Assembly: GCA_036377755.1 (NCBI GenBank)
Contig: DASUXX010000171.1
Coordinates: 1-59,958, forward strand
DNA from: Gemmatimonadaceae bacterium
Lineage (GTDB): Bacteria > Gemmatimonadota > Gemmatimonadetes > Gemmatimonadales > Gemmatimonadaceae
DNA: 59,958 bases
Direction of reading: 5' to 3'
Below are positions 45,458-55,521 of this stretch, in pieces. Positions within the stretch are counted from its first letter, which is position 1; each line of letters opens with the position of its first letter. The translations under genes were made by a program, and so were the position numbers. The notes below the pieces were generated by a model. The model searched no databases, had not been told where the DNA came from, and saw nothing but the letters and a program-made list of their open reading frames with translations.

Positions 45458-46362
45458 GCGCGATCGAGACTTTTCTCGAAGGGACGGTGCGCACGGCAAC
45501 GCCACTCGCATTCGCGTCGCTGGGTGAAACTGTTGTCGAGCGCTCAGGCGTGATCAACATTGGTCTCGAAGGCGCAATCATCGCTGGAGCATTCGGATCT
45601 TTCGTTGCCGCGGGATATGGCAGCACGTGGCTCGGCTTCGCGGGAGCTGCAATCGCAGGAATCACAGTCGCTACTGTGTTTGCGCTTTTTGCGATTCATA
45701 TAAGGGCCGATCAGATTATCACCGGCACTGCAATCAGTCTGCTCGGACTCGGACTTACTGCGACTCTTTACCGTCAGATGTATGGAGCGACGGGGGCACC
45801 TCTCAGTATTCCGACAATGGGAATTACCGACATTCCGCTGCTGTCATCGATCCCCGTCATTGGCAAGCCGCTGTTCGCGCAGCCTGCAATTACATACGTG
45901 CTTTACTTGCTCATCCCTGTAGTGTGGTGGTGGATGTATCACACACATGGAGGACTTGGTCTCCGTGCAACAGGAGAAGATCCAAAAGCAGTCATTGTCG
46001 CCGGCATATCGGCAAAACGCGTTCAGGTGGCGTCAGTGCTGTTCGGTGGAGCGCTCGGAGGAATTGCCGGCGGTGTACTTGTAATAGCGCAGGCAGGATC
46101 GTTTGCAGAAGGCATGTCTGCCGGAAGAGGATTTATCGCAATCGCGATTGTAGTGCTCGGCAGATGGCATCCACTTGGAGTGGCGGCAGCGGCCCTCGTA
46201 TTCGGTGCTGCCAGCGCACTACAATATTTCTTTCAGGCTATGGGATGGTCACTGCCTTATCAGGCTTTTCTTGCGCTGCCGTATGTACTGACGCTTCTGG
46301 GTCTCGCAGGAATAGCGGGAAGAGCAGTGCCGCCCGCCAGTCTCGGACGCTGGCGGGAATGA
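45454..46362 (+). CDS. ABC transporter permease
   Basis: ERSGVINIGLEG, ADQIITG, GRGFIAIA, LPYVLT. Confidence 0.9.
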   Translation: MSAIETFLEGTVRTATPLAFASLGETVVERSGVINIGLEGAIIAGAFGSFVAAGYGSTWLGFAGAAIAGITVATVFALFAIHIRADQIITGTAISLLGLGLTATLYRQMYGATGAPLSIPTMGITDIPLLSSIPVIGKPLFAQPAITYVLYLLIPVVWWWMYHTHGGLGLRATGEDPKAVIVAGISAKRVQVASVLFGGALGGIAGGVLVIAQAGSFAEGMSAGRGFIAIAIVVLGRWHPLGVAAAALVFGAASALQYFFQAMGWSLPYQAFLALPYVLTLLGLAGIAGRAVPPASLGRWRE

Positions 46363-47295
46363 TCAGCAACCTGTGTAAGCGCTCCTCCAGCTGATTCTCC
46401 ACTGGGAATCGGTCATACGCTCGATGAGTGCGACACGATTCCCGTTCTCGTATCCGAACGAAACGACAAGCAGGATCCGCCCGCCGTTTACAAACCGTCC
46501 CGCTGCCAGCACGTCCGTAGTTCTCACCTGTTCTTCGGAACCGGTGGCGCGACTGTGAAAGACAGTCGAATACTGTGAGCCGCTTCGGGGGCGCTCAGCA
46601 ATCAGAAGCAGGTGCTCCTCTCGCGGATTCGCTTCTTCATTGATCTTCCTGACGATGTCACCAATAAGGAGCTGCTGCTGACCCGATGTTGCGCGATACG
46701 CCTTCCGGACTGAGAAGGGAAGTCCTTGAAACGAAGTGTCACCTTCCGCCGGGACTGCAGAAGCAAGACGCGCGAGATCTGAAGTCACTGACATTGAATC
46801 TGCAGGTGTCATTCCTTCGAGTGAGTCGAGCGGCAGCGGGGTAACGAAGCCCTTGCGAAATCCGACCTGCCAAGCTTTGGGCCCCGCACCAGAGAGTGTC
46901 ATCATCGGCCACGCAATACATCCTTCGCCTGCATTGGGTGCAACCGCACTGGCAACCTGGGCAGAGCCGATCAAACCCGTCCGCCCAAAGAGCTCCACGC
47001 TCATTCCTGACAGAGAATCCGTATTGAGAGCAGGCTCACGAGCAAGCAGGCTGTCATTGAGCATTGGCTTCACAACTGAAGCCATCGCCGGATTGTCTTC
47101 AACGCCAAGCAGCAGGGCTGGTCCCGCCTGAATCTCTTCCCAGCCTGTATTTACAGGCAACGGGACCGAAGACGTTACCGCTTGAGCGCTGCTGGCTGTC
47201 GAGTCTGCGCGCGACGGAGCCTTGTCACCCCTGCAGGCGACAAGCATCACTGAAGTGAAGCCGACGATGAGAAAATTCGTACTACGTAAAAGCAT
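46363..47295 (-). CDS. Hypothetical lipoprotein
   Basis: Lipobox LVAC; two further Cys including a terminal WRSAYTGC. Confidence 0.7.
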   Translation of the reverse strand: MLLRSTNFLIVGFTSVMLVACRGDKAPSRADSTASSAQAVTSSVPLPVNTGWEEIQAGPALLLGVEDNPAMASVVKPMLNDSLLAREPALNTDSLSGMSVELFGRTGLIGSAQVASAVAPNAGEGCIAWPMMTLSGAGPKAWQVGFRKGFVTPLPLDSLEGMTPADSMSVTSDLARLASAVPAEGDTSFQGLPFSVRKAYRATSGQQQLLIGDIVRKINEEANPREEHLLLIAERPRSGSQYSTVFHSRATGSEEQVRTTDVLAAGRFVNGGRILLVVSFGYENGNRVALIERMTDSQWRISWRSAYTGC

Positions 47296-47400
47296 GAGTG
47301 ATAATTTGTAGCCCCTTGCGCCATGCCGTCGAGTCAAAGACAGGACTCTACGTCAGGCTACGTATAGGCTGCCCACAATCCGCGCTGAATCTTTATCTCG

Positions 47401-48828
47401 ATGACCCATTCATTAGAACCGATTGTTGCAATCGAGCAGGCAGTTGTGACCCGGCGCGCGCCGGCGCGCGAGCGCTGGAGCTGGGCGCTGTACGATTTTT
47501 CGAACACTATCTTCTCGATGAATATCGCCACGCTGTTCTTCGCGGTGTGGCTTGTAAGCGATGTGGGAGCATCCAATACCACTGCAGCAGTTGCAAGCAG
47601 CATCTCATCACTGCTGGTGGTGTTTTCCATCCCTGTGTTCGGGGCCATCTCCGACGCAACGCAAAGACGAAAGCCGTGGGTTGTCTGGTTCACGCTGATC
47701 TCCGTAGCGATGACGGCGATAATGGGAATAATTGGCCAGACGATGGTTCCTCTTGTTGGTACATCGGTGATCGATCCGGTGACCGACAGCTACGTTCTGG
47801 CCGGACTGCCTGCCTTTGCGATCCTCACCGCGTTCATTCTGGCGAACTGGGCATATCAAGGGGCGATGCCTTTCTATAACGCGATGATGTTCGAGCTTGT
47901 CCCCCCACATGAGCTGGGACGTCTCTCCGGACTCGGGACCGCTCTTGGCTATGCCGGCTCGATTGTCGGAGTACTGATGGTATCGCCGTTCTTCGATGGC
48001 GCATTTCCCGTCGTCGGTCCGTTGCCGGAAGGAGTGATGGCTTCTCTCCGATCGGTATTCCCATATACAAGTCACGGCGGACGTGTCTCGACGTTCGTTC
48101 CGACGGCAATTCTCTTTCTGCTCTTTTCACTTCCTCTATTCATTTTCTGCAAAGACCACTTTGCACGGAGCGAAAAGAAGCGAGTCGAATGGCGTGAGGC
48201 ATTCAGGGGTGTCGTACAGACACTGCGTGACTCGAAGCAGTATACCGGTGCTCGAAGATTTCTCATCGCATCGTTTCTCTATCAGGATGCGATAGGAACG
48301 ATCATTGGGTTCATGGCTCTTTACGCAGTGAAGGCCATGGGCTTTGAGAAGGGGAGTGAAATAACTCTATTCGTCGTGCTGACGATCCCTGCGGCGATAG
48401 GAAGCTATTTCATAGGCAAGCTTGTCGACCGTATCGGTCCGAAGAAAAGCCTCGTTGGTGTAATTGCCGCATGGGTCCTGCTTCTCGTTGCGATGATTGC
48501 TGTCCCGAACAAAGCCAGCTTCTGGCTGGTTGGCGCAGCCATAGGTCTCATCTTTGGAGGCGTCGCTACGTCGGAGCGTCCGCTTCTTCTCACACTGATT
48601 CCGGAAGCAGAGACAGCGAGATTCTTCAGCCTGATGGTTCTCTCTTCACGAGCAGCTGCGATTGCAGGCCCGCTGATCTGGGGATGGACCGTAGATGGCC
48701 TGCTACCGTCATACGGAACAGGCTTCGCATATCGAGCCGCAGTTGTCACTGTCGCCGTAAGCATGCTGCTCGCGCTCATACTCCTGCTTAAGGTTCCCGA
48801 CAACTGGCACAGACAGCCGGCAGAATGA
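47401..48828 (+). CDS. MFS transporter (UMF1/Atg22-like)
   Basis: WALYDFSNT, FYNAM, GRLSGLG.ALGYAG, YQDA, DRIGPK; about 12 TM. Confidence 0.87.
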   Translation: MTHSLEPIVAIEQAVVTRRAPARERWSWALYDFSNTIFSMNIATLFFAVWLVSDVGASNTTAAVASSISSLLVVFSIPVFGAISDATQRRKPWVVWFTLISVAMTAIMGIIGQTMVPLVGTSVIDPVTDSYVLAGLPAFAILTAFILANWAYQGAMPFYNAMMFELVPPHELGRLSGLGTALGYAGSIVGVLMVSPFFDGAFPVVGPLPEGVMASLRSVFPYTSHGGRVSTFVPTAILFLLFSLPLFIFCKDHFARSEKKRVEWREAFRGVVQTLRDSKQYTGARRFLIASFLYQDAIGTIIGFMALYAVKAMGFEKGSEITLFVVLTIPAAIGSYFIGKLVDRIGPKKSLVGVIAAWVLLLVAMIAVPNKASFWLVGAAIGLIFGGVATSERPLLLTLIPEAETARFFSLMVLSSRAAAIAGPLIWGWTVDGLLPSYGTGFAYRAAVVTVAVSMLLALILLLKVPDNWHRQPAE

Positions 48829-49793
48829 TCTATCGGCTGCTGAGGTGGTTCACAGGAATTGCACTTCACTGGTTTTATTCGAGCATCCAGGTTGTTGGAC
48901 GTGAGCGAATTCCGCGAACGGGCCCTGTAATCATTGCTGCAAGCCATCACAATGCTCTTGTCGACGCGCTCATCGCGGGGTGGATTGCACCACGACGTCT
49001 TACACTCACAGCAAAGGCAACGCTGCTCGAGAATCCCCTTGTAGCATGGCTTTTTCCACTGGCTGGAGTGGTCCCGCTCAGAAGAGCAAAAGATGAGATA
49101 ACCAAAAAGGGAGATGCTCCCGTCACCCGAAATGCCGGTGCCTTCGACAGCATTCTCAGTGTTCTTGCAGAAGGCGGAATGGTGCTCATCTTTCCTGAAG
49201 GAATCAGTCACAGCGATCCGCACCTTGCACCGTTGAAGACGGGAGCAGCACGACTTGCTCTCGAAGCACGCGACAAACGAGGCATCGACAATCTTCAAAT
49301 CATTCCGCTCGGATTGAATTTCGAAGACAAAGGCAATCCGGGAACTGCAGTGCTCGCAGAAGCTGGTGAGCCGATCCACATGGATCGAGTTGGCGGGATT
49401 GCCGTCAATGAACTGACGGAAATGATTGCCACGCGGCTCGCAGCCGTTTCATTAAAGGAGCCAACACCTTCTCCCGATCGTGATGCAGTCAGACGAAAGG
49501 GCGGCGTACATCCACTCGCATCACCACTTGGTGCATGGGGAGAGCTGACTCATCGGTACATCGTGAACTACGCACGCGATGTTGCCTTACGAATGAGCAA
49601 GACTCCAGATGAGCCCGCGATGAAAACGATCGTGCTGTCGCTTGTGCTCATCCTGCTCTCCTATGTTGTGCAATTCGCGATCGTAGCTGCACTTGCAGGT
49701 CCGCTCTGGGCAGTGCTTTACGTTGCGACGCTGCCATTAGGAGCGTACTGGGCCGCGTACAAGAATCATCCGCGGCCCGAAGCTTACGCGTAG
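48825..49793 (+). CDS. PlsC-family acyltransferase
   Basis: SHHNALVD (HX4D), IFPEG, LKTGAAR. Confidence 0.87.
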   Translation: MIYRLLRWFTGIALHWFYSSIQVVGRERIPRTGPVIIAASHHNALVDALIAGWIAPRRLTLTAKATLLENPLVAWLFPLAGVVPLRRAKDEITKKGDAPVTRNAGAFDSILSVLAEGGMVLIFPEGISHSDPHLAPLKTGAARLALEARDKRGIDNLQIIPLGLNFEDKGNPGTAVLAEAGEPIHMDRVGGIAVNELTEMIATRLAAVSLKEPTPSPDRDAVRRKGGVHPLASPLGAWGELTHRYIVNYARDVALRMSKTPDEPAMKTIVLSLVLILLSYVVQFAIVAALAGPLWAVLYVATLPLGAYWAAYKNHPRPEAYA

Positions 49794-49795
49794 GA

Positions 49796-52759
49796 TTATT
49801 TCGTATCGAGCCAGTTTGCACCTGTTCCTATATCGACAACAAGAGGAACAGAAAGCTGCGCCGCGTTCTCCATCTCGTGCTTCACGAGCGCTTTCACGTC
49901 TTCTATCTCCTCCGGAGCAACTTCAAAGACGAGCTCGTCGTGAACCTGCAGGAGCATCTTCGACTGATGTTTGTTCTCCCGCAGCCGATCGTCGATGCGG
50001 ATCATCGCGATTTTGATCAGATCAGCCGCTGAACCCTGAATCGGAGAGTTGGCAGCTGTTCGCTCACCGAAAGCGCGAATGTTGAAGTTCCGCTCACGCA
50101 GCTCAGGTATATAGCGGCGTCTGCCGAAGATTGTCGTGACATAACCGTGCTCACGCGCAAAGTCGACACTGGAATCAAGATATCTCCTGATTCCCTTGAA
50201 GCGCTCGAAGTACCGAAGGATGAAGTCTTTCGCTTCAGCGTGCTCGATCTTGAGCTGTCGCGATAATGCGTGTGCGCCCTGACCATAGATCGTCGCGAAG
50301 TTGATCGTCTTTGCGCGAGCGCGCATGTCCGATGTAACCTCGTCGAGCGGCACATCGAAAATGATTGCCGCGGTTTGACGATGGATGTCGCCACCCGCGT
50401 TGAATGCTTCGACAAACGCCGGATCACTCGACAGGTGCGCGAGCAGCCGCAACTCGATCTGTGAATAATCAGCAGCGAGCAGAGTCCATCCCTTTCGTGG
50501 AATGAACCCCCGCCTGATATCACGACCCAGTTCTCTGCGAATCGGAATGTTCTGAAGATTCGGATCGCTTGACGACAGCCGGCCCGTGGCCGCTACGGTC
50601 TGATTGAACGATGTGTGAAGCCTGCCGGTATTCGGATTTACCATTGCAGGCAGCGCTTCCAGATAAGTGCTCTCGAGCTTGGCGAGCTCCCGATACTCCA
50701 TCAGCAGCGTCGGAATTGTGTGCCCTGCATCAGCGAGCTCCTGCAGCACACTCGCATCAGTGGACGGGCCTGTGCTCGTCTTCTTGAGAACAGGCAGCCC
50801 GAGTCTGGTGAAGAGAATCTCGCGAAGCTGCAGGTTGGAGTTGATGTTGAACTCCGTTCCGGCTTCGACGTAGATCTGCGCTTCGACTTTCTGTCTCTCC
50901 CTGCGAAAGCGATCCCGCAGTGAATGAAACCATGGCACGTCGATCGTAATCCCGGTCCACTCGATTTCAGCGAGAACGTGAATCAACGGGACCTCAACGT
51001 TCTCGAGGAGCGGACGCACTTCCGAGCTGTCGAGCTGCGGCTCGAATATCTCACGCATGCGAAGTGACATGTCCGCGTCTTCGCACGAATAGTCACGCGC
51101 AGATTCAATGGCGCACTGATCGAATCGTACAGCCGTCTTTCCTTTGCCGCAGACATCAGCATACGACATCATCGAGTAATCGAGAAACTCGAGCGCAAGC
51201 ACATCGAGGCCGTGTGACCTGCGGCCGGGATCGAGCACGTAGCTCGCCAGCATCGTATCGAAGTCGAGTCCCTGGAGGTTCACACCGGCACGACGCAGCA
51301 CAAGCATATCGTACTTCGCATTGTGGGCGGTTTTCCGCACTGCAGGATCCTCGAGAAGATCGCGCAGGATCTTCATGTCATCGGAGGCAAGCTCCGGAAG
51401 ATTAGTAACCGGCGCTGTCTGACGTCCTTCCGTCGATGCTTCTGCTGCCGCTTTCTTCGAGCGCGATGCCTTCGGGAGAGGTTCATCGCCTCCTCTTATA
51501 AGACCCCTGTCCTCAGGTGCATCGGTCGCTGACCGATCGCCGGCTGCATCGATCAGGAGCTCGCCTTGTGCGCTCTTCCACTGAGCATGACGGAGTGGGA
51601 GGTAGTACGCCTCGCCGGGTGCAACAGCAATTGCCAGGGATACGAGCGTCGAGCGAAGAGGATCGACCTGAAGCGGAGTATCGGCATCTACGACAGTCTC
51701 AGTATCGAGCGCGATTACGCCCGATGCTCGAGCCTTGTCCACAACCTCATGCAGGCCCGCGACAGTATCGACGACTTTGTACTGAGCCTTTGGCGTGACT
51801 CGTTCTGCCGAAACTGGAGCTGCTGCAACAGCAGCGGACGCTGACGGCTCATGACCAATCAGTGCAGCGATGTTTTTCGCAAGCGAGTGGAATTCGAGGT
51901 CGACATACAGATCCCGCAGTCTTGCATAGTCAGGCTGCTGAAGCCGGAATTTCGCTTCATCGAAGGACACTGCTAAATCGTCGCGAATTGTTACTAATTC
52001 CTTCGACAGCCGCGCATTTTCAGCGTACTGTATCAGTGCTTCACGTGGCCGCTTCTTGGTGATCTCATTGACATGCGCGAGAATCGACTCGAGATCGCCA
52101 AACTGATTCACGAGCTCACATGCAGTCTTTTCACCGATGCCTTTGACGCCCGGCACGTTGTCGGAGGAATCACCAACGAGAGCCAGATAATCAGTGACGT
52201 AGTGCGGAGGAACGCCAAGTCTCTCGCTTGCGTTCTCCATACCGACCCAATGCTCTTCTACATGTGCAGGGCCGCCGCGTCCTGGATTCAGCAGCCACAC
52301 ACTGGGCTTGATCAGCTGCTGAAAGTCCTTATCGCCTGACACGACAACGACGTTCAGGTTCTGCTCGAGTCCCTTCGACACGAGTGTTCCGATTACATCG
52401 TCTGCTTCATAGCCACGCAGTGCAATGATGGGAATTCGATAGGCGTCGAGGAGCTGACAGATTCTCTCCATGCCGCGATCGAAATCAGCCTGGAGCTCTT
52501 CTGTCAGCTTTTCACGTGTCGCCTTGTACGCGGGATACGTCTCGTGACGGAACGATGTACCCGAATCATGTACCCAGCCCAGATATTCGGGTTTGTGTTT
52601 ATCGAGCAGTCGCTGGACGAAGTTTGCAACGCCCCAGACTGCTGAGGTGTTTTCTCCCTTGCTCGTTGTAAGCGGCCGGGAAATGAGTGCGTAGAACGCG
52701 CGATAGATCAGCGCGTATCCGTCGACGAGAAAAAGGCGTGGAGATTCCGGAAGCTGCAT
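49796..52759 (-). CDS. polA: DNA polymerase I
   Basis: 5' nuclease (LVDG, EADD, GDSSDNVPGV), Exo I-III (DTET, HNAKYD, YSCED), polymerase motifs (DYSQIELR, AKTINF, QVHDEL). Confidence 0.97.
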   Translation of the reverse strand: MQLPESPRLFLVDGYALIYRAFYALISRPLTTSKGENTSAVWGVANFVQRLLDKHKPEYLGWVHDSGTSFRHETYPAYKATREKLTEELQADFDRGMERICQLLDAYRIPIIALRGYEADDVIGTLVSKGLEQNLNVVVVSGDKDFQQLIKPSVWLLNPGRGGPAHVEEHWVGMENASERLGVPPHYVTDYLALVGDSSDNVPGVKGIGEKTACELVNQFGDLESILAHVNEITKKRPREALIQYAENARLSKELVTIRDDLAVSFDEAKFRLQQPDYARLRDLYVDLEFHSLAKNIAALIGHEPSASAAVAAAPVSAERVTPKAQYKVVDTVAGLHEVVDKARASGVIALDTETVVDADTPLQVDPLRSTLVSLAIAVAPGEAYYLPLRHAQWKSAQGELLIDAAGDRSATDAPEDRGLIRGGDEPLPKASRSKKAAAEASTEGRQTAPVTNLPELASDDMKILRDLLEDPAVRKTAHNAKYDMLVLRRAGVNLQGLDFDTMLASYVLDPGRRSHGLDVLALEFLDYSMMSYADVCGKGKTAVRFDQCAIESARDYSCEDADMSLRMREIFEPQLDSSEVRPLLENVEVPLIHVLAEIEWTGITIDVPWFHSLRDRFRRERQKVEAQIYVEAGTEFNINSNLQLREILFTRLGLPVLKKTSTGPSTDASVLQELADAGHTIPTLLMEYRELAKLESTYLEALPAMVNPNTGRLHTSFNQTVAATGRLSSSDPNLQNIPIRRELGRDIRRGFIPRKGWTLLAADYSQIELRLLAHLSSDPAFVEAFNAGGDIHRQTAAIIFDVPLDEVTSDMRARAKTINFATIYGQGAHALSRQLKIEHAEAKDFILRYFERFKGIRRYLDSSVDFAREHGYVTTIFGRRRYIPELRERNFNIRAFGERTAANSPIQGSAADLIKIAMIRIDDRLRENKHQSKMLLQVHDELVFEVAPEEIEDVKALVKHEMENAAQLSVPLVVDIGTGANWLDTK

Positions 52760-52766
52760 CACTCAA

Positions 52767-52804
52767 TATAAAAGCGCCCCTGTCCTTATCACGGACAGGG
52801 GCGC
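52767..52804 (-). terminator. Intrinsic terminator of the second csp gene
   Basis: GCGCCCCTGTCC-N7-GGACAGGGGCGC followed by TTTTATA on the minus strand. Confidence 0.85.
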
Positions 52805-52832
52805 AGGACTTCAGTTGTGAAGCGCTCGATTG

Positions 52833-53042
52833 TCAGGCCGGAGCCATCGCGTGAACATTCGCGGCATGCAGCCCTTTGTTGCCGGTTTCTATCTCGAACT
52901 CCACCTGTTGTCCTTCTGACAGCGTCTTGAAGCCTTCCATTGCAATTGCGGAAAAGTGGACGAAGACGTCCTCTCCTCCTTCCTGTTCAATGAAGCCATA
53001 GCCCTTCGCGTCATTGAACCACTTCACCCTTCCCCTGGCCAT
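52833..53042 (-). CDS. Cold-shock domain protein (second paralogue)
   Basis: [21 protein letters not shown]. Confidence 0.95.
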   Translation of the reverse strand: MARGRVKWFNDAKGYGFIEQEGGEDVFVHFSAIAMEGFKTLSEGQQVEFEIETGNKGLHAANVHAMAPA

Positions 53043-53076
53043 TGGACCGCCTCCGGCTGTGATACGGTGCGGCGCC

Positions 53077-53105
53077 TATATAGAATCACCCCGGATTTTT
53101 GTCAA
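53077..53105 (-). promoter_or_regulatory. Sigma70 promoter of the second csp gene
   Basis: TTGACA(53105-53100)-17bp-TATATA(53082-53077). Confidence 0.75.
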
Positions 53106-53125
53106 GTCGCTAATAAAGCGCCCAC

Positions 53126-54532
53126 TCAGTGAATCAAGAGACGTGCGTTTATGTTCTGGAAGTCAGTCTCGCTCTGAGGAGTTAACCGCCATCTTCCCGT
53201 GCCTGTCTCGTCATAAAACACAAGGCGCACACGATATTGACTGTATTCCCAGTACTGGAGGCGGCCGCGCTGTGCGATCGAGGTTCTTGTTGCGACACTG
53301 TTTGTCTGTTGCTCGAAAAGCTGATCAGGCTCACCCAGCACGACGTACACACGTGCTCGATCGCTGAGCCATCCGCCACGTGATGTCCCATCATCGCGGA
53401 ATCGAACTGCGGCCTGTTGAAGGCGGGCAAAATATGTTTGCAGTCCTTCGTGCTCAGGTGTCGAGGGCGCCGGATCACTTGCTCTCAGGAAAGCAGCCCA
53501 GACGGGACCTCTCTCATCTATTGGCGTGTCACGCAGCGACCTGAGCCGTTCGGGAGACACGTAGTATCTGAGCTGGTTCATCAGCTCTTCGTACGTCAGA
53601 AGTGGAATGTCGCTGCCAAAGCTCACGAACACGGGGGCGCGCACTGTATCAGCTGCATCCAGTCGCGTGAACGTCACGTTCGCTACGCCGATTCCAACAC
53701 GTGAGATGGGAATCGACACAGCACCGCTCATCAGATTTCCCGAGCCTGTAAGAACAGTAGTATCACGCCACGTAACTGCTCCCTTGTCATTCTGAACCAC
53801 GAATGAAACGGGAAGACTCGGCTGAGCTCCGTATGCTTCGAGATAAACGGAGACTGTGCTGTCCTGACCAAACACCGCACTCGACCGTGGGCTTGCAAGA
53901 AGCCGCGGCAGTGAATCCAGCGTGGAGCGACGGCTGGCTTCATAGACGAGGAGAGGCGTGGAAAGATTGCCCTGGGTCAGGCGAGGAACGTTGATCGCTC
54001 CTTCCTGAGAAGCACTCCGATTGCTCGCTACATCCCGTACTGTGAATGAGACGTGGTAGTCGCCCGGCGGAACCCGGAAGTAATTCTGGAAGATGACGCT
54101 CTCATCATTGCGATTTACTTCCTTGAAAGTCGCAACACGCACGATTTCCATTGCATTGATCGCTTTTACTTCCGCGTTGCCCTGCAGCAGGCGCAGGCGC
54201 ACCTCATAAGGTGCCCGATAGGCATCGCCATCGCGAATGAAGCTGAGCATCCGGTTGGGTATCGAGATGCTTGCAAGCATCATCGTGGTATCAGGGCTCC
54301 GTGTCGCGAAGTAGGCAATCTTTCCGACATAGGAAAGCGGGCTGCCCGTCGCAATCAAACCCATCTGGTTGTAGATGGTGCTGGGATCCTGACCCTGTGC
54401 TGCGATACCGCCGCTTACGGCAACCGGCAGTGTTCCGGGAGAAGCGCTCGAAGCTGGACGAGTGCTCCGGCAGGCTGATATAGCCAGAAAAACGAGGAAA
54501 ATGCCAAGCTGATGAAATCTGATCGCGCGCAT
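53126..54532 (-). CDS. GWxTD-domain lipoprotein
   Basis: Lipobox ISAC; W...DP.PST..E....YFAR..A..RF..GWLSDRARVYVVLGEPD. Confidence 0.85.
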   Translation of the reverse strand: MRAIRFHQLGIFLVFLAISACRSTRPASSASPGTLPVAVSGGIAAQGQDPSTIYNQMGLIATGSPLSYVGKIAYFATRSPDTTMMLASISIPNRMLSFIRDGDAYRAPYEVRLRLLQGNAEVKAINAMEIVRVATFKEVNRNDESVIFQNYFRVPPGDYHVSFTVRDVASNRSASQEGAINVPRLTQGNLSTPLLVYEASRRSTLDSLPRLLASPRSSAVFGQDSTVSVYLEAYGAQPSLPVSFVVQNDKGAVTWRDTTVLTGSGNLMSGAVSIPISRVGIGVANVTFTRLDAADTVRAPVFVSFGSDIPLLTYEELMNQLRYYVSPERLRSLRDTPIDERGPVWAAFLRASDPAPSTPEHEGLQTYFARLQQAAVRFRDDGTSRGGWLSDRARVYVVLGEPDQLFEQQTNSVATRTSIAQRGRLQYWEYSQYRVRLVFYDETGTGRWRLTPQSETDFQNINARLLIH

Positions 54533-54582
54533 TGTTGTCTTTACCCTATCGACTTATATCAGTTTCTGTTACTTTCGCCCGC

Positions 54583-55521
54583 GTGTCTCATCAGAGCTTA
54601 GTCGGCTCAAAGATAGCCGGGTACACCCTCGAGAGTGAGGTTGGTGAAGGCGGTACTGCAGAAGTTTACCGGGCTCAACATCCGAGCCATGGTACCGTCG
54701 CCCTCAAAGTCCTCCGTGAGAAACTGCGGCATGATCGTACCGCAGTGGCCCGCTTCGTTCGCGAAGCTCAATACGGTACAAGAGTACAACACCCCAACGT
54801 GGTGCGTACCATAGAAATCGGCCAATCCGATACCGGATTGCACTTCCTGGCTATCGAATGGGCCGGTGGAGAGCTCCTCGAGAAGTATGCCAAGCAGCAT
54901 GCGCCGATATCACCGGAAGAAACAGCAGTCATCATTTCCCAGATCGGCGCAGCCGTACACGCCGCGCATGCAGCCAGGATCGTACATCGCGATCTCAAGC
55001 CTGAGAACGTCATGTACGATTCGCAGAACCGTCAGGTAAAGCTGCTCGACTTCGGCATCGCTACAGATGTACAGGCCCCCGCAGATGAGCGATTGACTCG
55101 CGCAGGGTTCTTTGTCGGCTCTCTGATGTACATCGCTCCCGAGGCGCTGTCAGGAGAAATTGTGACGCCTGCAGCAGATCAGTACAGCCTTGCGACAATT
55201 GCGTACTACCTGCTCACGCGTGCGCTGCCGTACACGGCAAAGGCTCCACGCGAAATGTTCACACAGCTGCTGACTATGCCGCCAATTCCTCTGAATGCAG
55301 CCAAGGAGCGCCTCAAGTTCTCACCTGCAATCGAGCAGGTGGTCATGAAGGCTCTCTCAAAGGAGCCGTTGAGTCGCTATCCGGACGTGATGGCTTTCAC
55401 CAAGGCGTTTCAGGATGCCGTGTCCAATCCATCATCTGCTGCCGGATCTACGAAGGATGAACCGCCGGGAGATGAAGGCGGGTTCTTCGGCCGCATGCGC
55501 GGGATCCTAAAGCGCTCCTGA
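54583..55521 (+). CDS. Hanks-type Ser/Thr protein kinase (cytoplasmic)
   Basis: GEGG, VALK, HRDLKPEN, DFG, YIAPE, DQYSL. Confidence 0.92.
   Translation: MSHQSLVGSKIAGYTLESEVGEGGTAEVYRAQHPSHGTVALKVLREKLRHDRTAVARFVREAQYGTRVQHPNVVRTIEIGQSDTGLHFLAIEWAGGELLEKYAKQHAPISPEETAVIISQIGAAVHAAHAARIVHRDLKPENVMYDSQNRQVKLLDFGIATDVQAPADERLTRAGFFVGSLMYIAPEALSGEIVTPAADQYSLATIAYYLLTRALPYTAKAPREMFTQLLTMPPIPLNAAKERLKFSPAIEQVVMKALSKEPLSRYPDVMAFTKAFQDAVSNPSSAAGSTKDEPPGDEGGFFGRMRGILKRS

Noticed and set aside
45627-46394. 255-aa Cys/Arg-rich alternative-frame ORF
   Set aside because: Off-frame reading of the permease gene.
48405-49379. 324-aa minus-strand ORF
   Set aside because: Antisense to the MFS and acyltransferase genes, no motifs.
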